NCBI GenBank assembly: GCA_038244115.1
Contig: JBBRTU010000008.1
Coordinates: forward strand, 32,592 to 96,591
Direction of reading: 5' to 3'
DNA: 64,000 nucleotides
From: Burkholderiales bacterium
GTDB taxonomy: Bacteria > Pseudomonadota > Gammaproteobacteria > Burkholderiales > JBBRTU01
Part shown: positions 60,616-64,000 of the stretch, piece after piece
Layout: every line of letters starts with the position of its first letter
How positions within the stretch are numbered: position 1 is the first letter of the stretch
Position numbers and translations under genes: made by a program
Notes under the pieces: model-generated
Databases searched by the model: none
Seen by the model: the letters and a program-made list of their open reading frames with translations, nothing else
Told to the model about the DNA's origin: nothing

Positions 60616-61827
60616 TTACACGTTAGCTCGCAACGCATCAAGGACAGGCGTTTTTGACACACGCGAAGCGGGTAGCAGGGCACCCAGGATCGTGGCGGCA
60701 AAGCCCACCAGGTAAGCCATGACGAGCACCGAGGGCATGATTTTGATGTGGCCTGTGAAACCCAAGTTGGCGTTGGGTGGTGGCGGCATGGGAATGCCGA
60801 TGGCTGAAATGGCCATTGCCAAGGCAGTACCCACGATAACTCCCAGCATTGCGCTAACCAGCCCCAACAAGGCGCTTTCCGTCAGAATCAGGCGAAAAAC
60901 ATGCCCCCCCCGGTTGCCCAGTGCCATCATGGTGCCGAATTCACCCAAGCGCTCGAACACGCTCATGTTAATGCTATTGGCCACGCTCAGCAGAACCATC
61001 ACTAGGATGATGAACTGCAGCACACCGAACTGTTGACGGTACATAATGACGGTTTTTTCGTAGAAGTCATTGAGCTCGGTCCAATTCTTGATTTCGTAGC
61101 CGGATTGACCGAACTGCTGTTTCAACAATGCTCCGACTGCGCCCGTGTCGCTTGTCTTGTGCAGGGAAATGACCAACGCGTTGACCCCCGAGGTAAGCAG
61201 CAATTCCTGGGCAGCAGGCAGGGCGATTCGCACGGCGCGCGCATCGTAGTCGCTAGAGAAGCTCTGGAACACCCCAACCACTTCGAAATCCAGACTGTTG
61301 AGAGCGCCCTCGGCAGCATTTGCGAGCAAGGTGACATGATCCCCAGGCTTGAGCTTGAGAGCCTTTGCAACGCCTTCACCGAGTAGGATGCCGAACGCGT
61401 CAGTATCTTTTAGTTGACGTCCCTGGCTGATTTTTAGGGAGCTACCAAGGCGGGCTTCCTTGTCAGGTTGGACGCCTTCGCCGATGACTGCCCAGTCGGT
61501 TCGGTCATTGTTCAGCAGGCCCGCGAACTGGATGCGAGCCATGACGTCGGCGACTTCCGGGCGTGCCGCAATCGAATTGCGCAAGGTCCCGGGGTTGCTA
61601 ATCAGATATTTCTCGGGCGTGCGGCTTCCCGCCTCGTAAAAACCTTGCCGGTATACTTGCAGGTGGCCGCTGCGGGAGTGGATAAGCGCTTCCCCGAGTT
61701 GGGTGAAGATATCCTGCACGAATCCACCCGAGAGGATGAGTGCCACCACGCCGGAAATGATCGCCAGCGCGGTGATCGCAGTGCGTGACTTTTGCCGGAG
61801 AAGGTTGCGTAAGGCTAGCGAGAGCAT
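60616..61827 (-). CDS. FtsX-type ABC transporter permease (LolC/E-like), paralogue 2
   Basis: Start at MLSLALRNLLRQKSRTAIT. TM1, a periplasmic domain of about 200 aa, then 3 C-terminal TM helices. Shares the SAIGIPMPPPP string and the overall layout with the upstream paralogue. Confidence 0.85.
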   Translation of the reverse strand: MLSLALRNLLRQKSRTAITALAIISGVVALILSGGFVQDIFTQLGEALIHSRSGHLQVYRQGFYEAGSRTPEKYLISNPGTLRNSIAARPEVADVMARIQFAGLLNNDRTDWAVIGEGVQPDKEARLGSSLKISQGRQLKDTDAFGILLGEGVAKALKLKPGDHVTLLANAAEGALNSLDFEVVGVFQSFSSDYDARAVRIALPAAQELLLTSGVNALVISLHKTSDTGAVGALLKQQFGQSGYEIKNWTELNDFYEKTVIMYRQQFGVLQFIILVMVLLSVANSINMSVFERLGEFGTMMALGNRGGHVFRLILTESALLGLVSAMLGVIVGTALAMAISAIGIPMPPPPNANLGFTGHIKIMPSVLVMAYLVGFAATILGALLPASRVSKTPVLDALRANV

Positions 61828-61832
61828 GGCGG

Positions 61833-63059
61833 CTACCTGTTGTGACGCAGCGCGTCGACGATGACCAGCCGCGAGGCCTTCCATGCCGGATATACGCTTG
61901 CGATCAGCGTTGTCGCCACTGCCAACAACACTGATTCAATTGCCAACGCCGGGGTGACGCGAATTTGTCCGATTAATCCATGGCTCATACCGGGCGGGGG
62001 CGGCATCGGGATGCCAATGGCAGAAATCACTTTGGCCAGCCCGAAACCGATTATCAGCCCCACGACTGCACCAATAATGCCAAGCAGTAGACCTTCGGTA
62101 AGGAACAGGCCCAGTAACTGCTTGCGGCGCGTGCCTAGCGCCATGACGGTACCGATTTCACCGGTTCGTTCCATAACGCTCATCATCATCGTATTGGAAA
62201 TGCCGAGGATAATGATGGCTCCGATAATAATTTTGACCACGCCGAATTGGTGCGAAAACAGCACCACGGTTTTGTTATAGAAATCGGCAAGCTGGTTCCA
62301 GGGTACTAGCGCGTATTTCCGGGGATCCAACTTGTTTTGCAAGGTCTCCATTATTCTTGCGGTGTCGTCAGTTTGTTCCAGCAGGGTAACCCAGATGTGG
62401 GCGCCAGATACACCCAGCAGCTCATGCGCCATAGGAAGGGGTACACGCAGGGCGGAGTCGTCATATGCCTTCGAAACGCCAGAAAAAAGTCCCCGTACAT
62501 GCCCTTCCACGGCCCTAACCCCGCCCGAAGGCAGATTCGAGAGCAACACGACCTTATCCTTAACATGGACGCCCAGATTGGCTGCAAGCCCTCGCCCCAT
62601 CACAATGCCTTTTGGGTCGCCGGGAACAAGATTCGCACCCTGGGAAAAAATCACTGACTGGTTAAGCGGCGCCTCTCGCTGGGGATCCACCCCTTCGCCT
62701 ATAAAAGATACGGTCGCCTCCCCGCTACTGACCAGCCCGCTGAACATGATTCTTGGGGCAACCGTTACTACCCCTGGCGTTCTCTCGATGCTTGCAAGCT
62801 CTGGGGACTGCGCCGGGAGTAGGTAACGGAAAGGATCGGCCGCGCCGAAATCCTGGTAGCCAGGGCGTGATATTTGTATATGGCCAAGACGGGATCGCAC
62901 CGTGTCCTCTCGCATTCCCCAGAAAATCCATTCGATGAAGCCGCCAGCCAGCAACAGAGCAATAACGCCAAAACTTACCGCAGCAAGGGCCAGCAAGCTG
63001 CGGCGTCGCTGGCGCACGACGTTGCGAAAAGCCAGAGTGAAGGTGTGCATGAAATCCAT
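61833..63059 (-). CDS. FtsX-type ABC transporter permease (LolC/E-like), paralogue 1
   Basis: Start at MDFMHTFTLAFRNVVRQRRRSLL. The part of the ORF-track product upstream of this start looks non-protein-like. Same architecture as paralogue 2, and the stop lies 5 nt before the next permease start. Confidence 0.85.
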   Translation of the reverse strand: MDFMHTFTLAFRNVVRQRRRSLLALAAVSFGVIALLLAGGFIEWIFWGMREDTVRSRLGHIQISRPGYQDFGAADPFRYLLPAQSPELASIERTPGVVTVAPRIMFSGLVSSGEATVSFIGEGVDPQREAPLNQSVIFSQGANLVPGDPKGIVMGRGLAANLGVHVKDKVVLLSNLPSGGVRAVEGHVRGLFSGVSKAYDDSALRVPLPMAHELLGVSGAHIWVTLLEQTDDTARIMETLQNKLDPRKYALVPWNQLADFYNKTVVLFSHQFGVVKIIIGAIIILGISNTMMMSVMERTGEIGTVMALGTRRKQLLGLFLTEGLLLGIIGAVVGLIIGFGLAKVISAIGIPMPPPPGMSHGLIGQIRVTPALAIESVLLAVATTLIASVYPAWKASRLVIVDALRHNR

Positions 63060-63251
63060 CGGAGTCGAGTCTCGTTGCCCGTGCTTGGGGAATTTTGGCC
63101 GGATTTTTGCAGGCGCAACAGGTGAAAGTGCTGCTCTCCTGATCTGATCCAATCTGCTTTGCAACTACGTCATCTACCCCCAATCGGAAGTAAGGTATGC
63201 AGGTGTCGAGAGCCCAGCGAAACGCGGACTCAACTCGCGTCGAATACGTGG

Positions 63252-63281
63252 ATTATCTGGTCAATTTTAGACTGGCGTCAA
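63252..63281 (-). promoter_or_regulatory. Candidate sigma-70 promoter for the permease pair (TTGACG-N18-GATAAT on minus strand)
   Basis: Motif reading only. It lies just downstream of the PEP-CTERM gene terminator and about 190 nt upstream of the permease ATG. Confidence 0.3.
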
Positions 63282-63295
63282 CAGACTATGCCACC

Positions 63296-63331
63296 GAAAA
63301 AACAAAGCCCGCCATTTTTGGCGGGCTTTGT
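63296..63331 (-). terminator. Rho-independent terminator of the PEP-CTERM protein gene
   Basis: The minus strand reads ACAAAGCCCGCC-aaaaat-GGCGGGCTTTGTTTTTTCGG: a 12-bp stem plus T-run, about 58 nt after the stop. Confidence 0.85.
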
Positions 63332-63388
63332 CAGCAAGCTAAGGAACAGCACATGTCCCCTAGCCGAAGTGCTTTACTCTGCTTAAGC

Positions 63389-64000
63389 TTATGCGCGACG
63401 GCGGGCGATACCCAATCCTAGAAGGCCCAAGCCCATCAAAGCTAGGGTTTCTGGCTCAGGTACAGTCTGAGCATCAGCTGTGGCAGTTGAACGGATGGTG
63501 AATTGATAGGCATCGGTGCTCAGCGCGACAGTCGTGCCGCTAAACCCGCAGGAATTAGCAACACCATAGCCTGCCCCCCTAAAACTTGCCCCATTAAACG
63601 GCGCGTTTCTGGAGATACCGTCGTTCAGGTTGAAACAATCGGTCTCGGCAGTAATGCCCTTTGCGCCAGCGCTGCCGGCATTGCTGGTTCCGTCTGGCTT
63701 CCAGGTGACGATGTTAGTACCGCCGGTGGTCAGGTCGTCGAGGGTGAAGACTAGGCTATACTGAGCAGAAGCATTAGTGGGGAACTTCTCTAGAGCGCTG
63801 GTGTAAGCCTCCATATATGCCCGTGCATCGAAGCTAATGGTGACCCCGCCTGCCTGTGCCAACTTGAAAATAAAGCTGGAATTAAGGCCATTATTGGCCG
63901 TCGAGCTGCCATCCTGACCCGAACCTGACAAGGAAACATAGGCTGCATGGCCTGCATGTCCAAGTGGACCCGAGCCGATGGGTGAACCCTCAATTATCTG
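63389..64000 (-). CDS. PEP-CTERM sorting-domain protein (exosortase substrate), 5' end beyond window
   Basis: The C-terminus VPEPETLALMGLGLLGLGIARRRA-stop has the canonical PEP motif, a TM helix and a basic cluster. The body is Gly/Ser/Thr/Ala/Asn-rich. I checked the frame upstream of the ORF-track start (a TTG at 63931) and it stays open to position 64000, so the gene is probably longer. Confidence 0.85.
   Translation of the reverse strand, partial: QIIEGSPIGSGPLGHAGHAAYVSLSGSGQDGSSTANNGLNSSFIFKLAQAGGVTISFDARAYMEAYTSALEKFPTNASAQYSLVFTLDDLTTGGTNIVTWKPDGTSNAGSAGAKGITAETDCFNLNDGISRNAPFNGASFRGAGYGVANSCGFSGTTVALSTDAYQFTIRSTATADAQTVPEPETLALMGLGLLGLGIARRRA

Noticed and set aside
63096-63111. A plus-strand sigma-54-like element, TGGCCGGATTTTTGCA, in the spacer between the permease gene and the PEP-CTERM gene.
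   Set aside because: The GG-N10-GC spacing is right, but it points away from the permease genes and into the 3' end of the convergent PEP-CTERM gene. No plus-strand coding potential or plus-oriented terminator follows. It is most likely a chance match, though an antisense transcript cannot be excluded.
63159-63421. Two overlapping plus-strand ORFs of 74-75 aa (63159-63386 and 63197-63421) in the same spacer.
   Set aside because: They run through the minus-strand terminator hairpin and into the PEP-CTERM gene. They have no Shine-Dalgarno and no protein-like features.

Overview
This looks like the chromosomal origin-proximal region of a beta-proteobacterium, judged from gene order and protein motifs; no search was run. 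I found no rRNA, tRNA, CRISPR array or IS/transposon. Four parts can be distinguished. (1) 1-20.8 kb is a conserved core: dnaN and dnaA on the minus strand, then rpmH-rnpA-yidD-yidC-mnmE-mnmG-rsmG-parA-parB, the complete F1Fo ATP synthase operon atpIBEFHAGDC, and glmU-glmS on the plus strand. It carries consensus DnaA boxes on both sides of dnaA and one perfect parS palindrome. (2) 20.8-24.9 kb is a small accessory patch: an orphan ParA-like ATPase, a stand-alone AlsS-like TPP enzyme, an orphan NarL/LuxR response regulator and an SDR. (3) 24.9-48.7 kb is a housekeeping block, all on the minus strand up to pilM: dsbA, a SPOR protein, argS, priA, hemE, gltD, gltB, a degenerate P-loop membrane protein, dgt-like, aroB, aroK and pilQPONM. 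mrcA (PBP1A) is divergent from pilM. (4) 49.3-64 kb is the most interesting part. It holds a PEP-CTERM/exosortase-associated cassette (EpsB-like priming sugar transferase, prsK, prsR, prsT) behind a near-consensus sigma-54 promoter. Next comes an uncharacterised Lol-like five-gene envelope transport cassette: a LolA-like protein, a LolD/MacB-type ATPase, an outer-membrane barrel candidate and two paralogous FtsX-type permeases. The window ends with a PEP-CTERM substrate gene that runs off the edge. Other anomalies are an in-frame TAG that cuts the conserved C-terminal FCIGK tail off mnmE, an 830-bp apparently non-coding gap with a possible frameshifted small gene, and an isolated DnaA box in a long AT-rich priA-hemE spacer. 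No exosortase gene is visible in the window.
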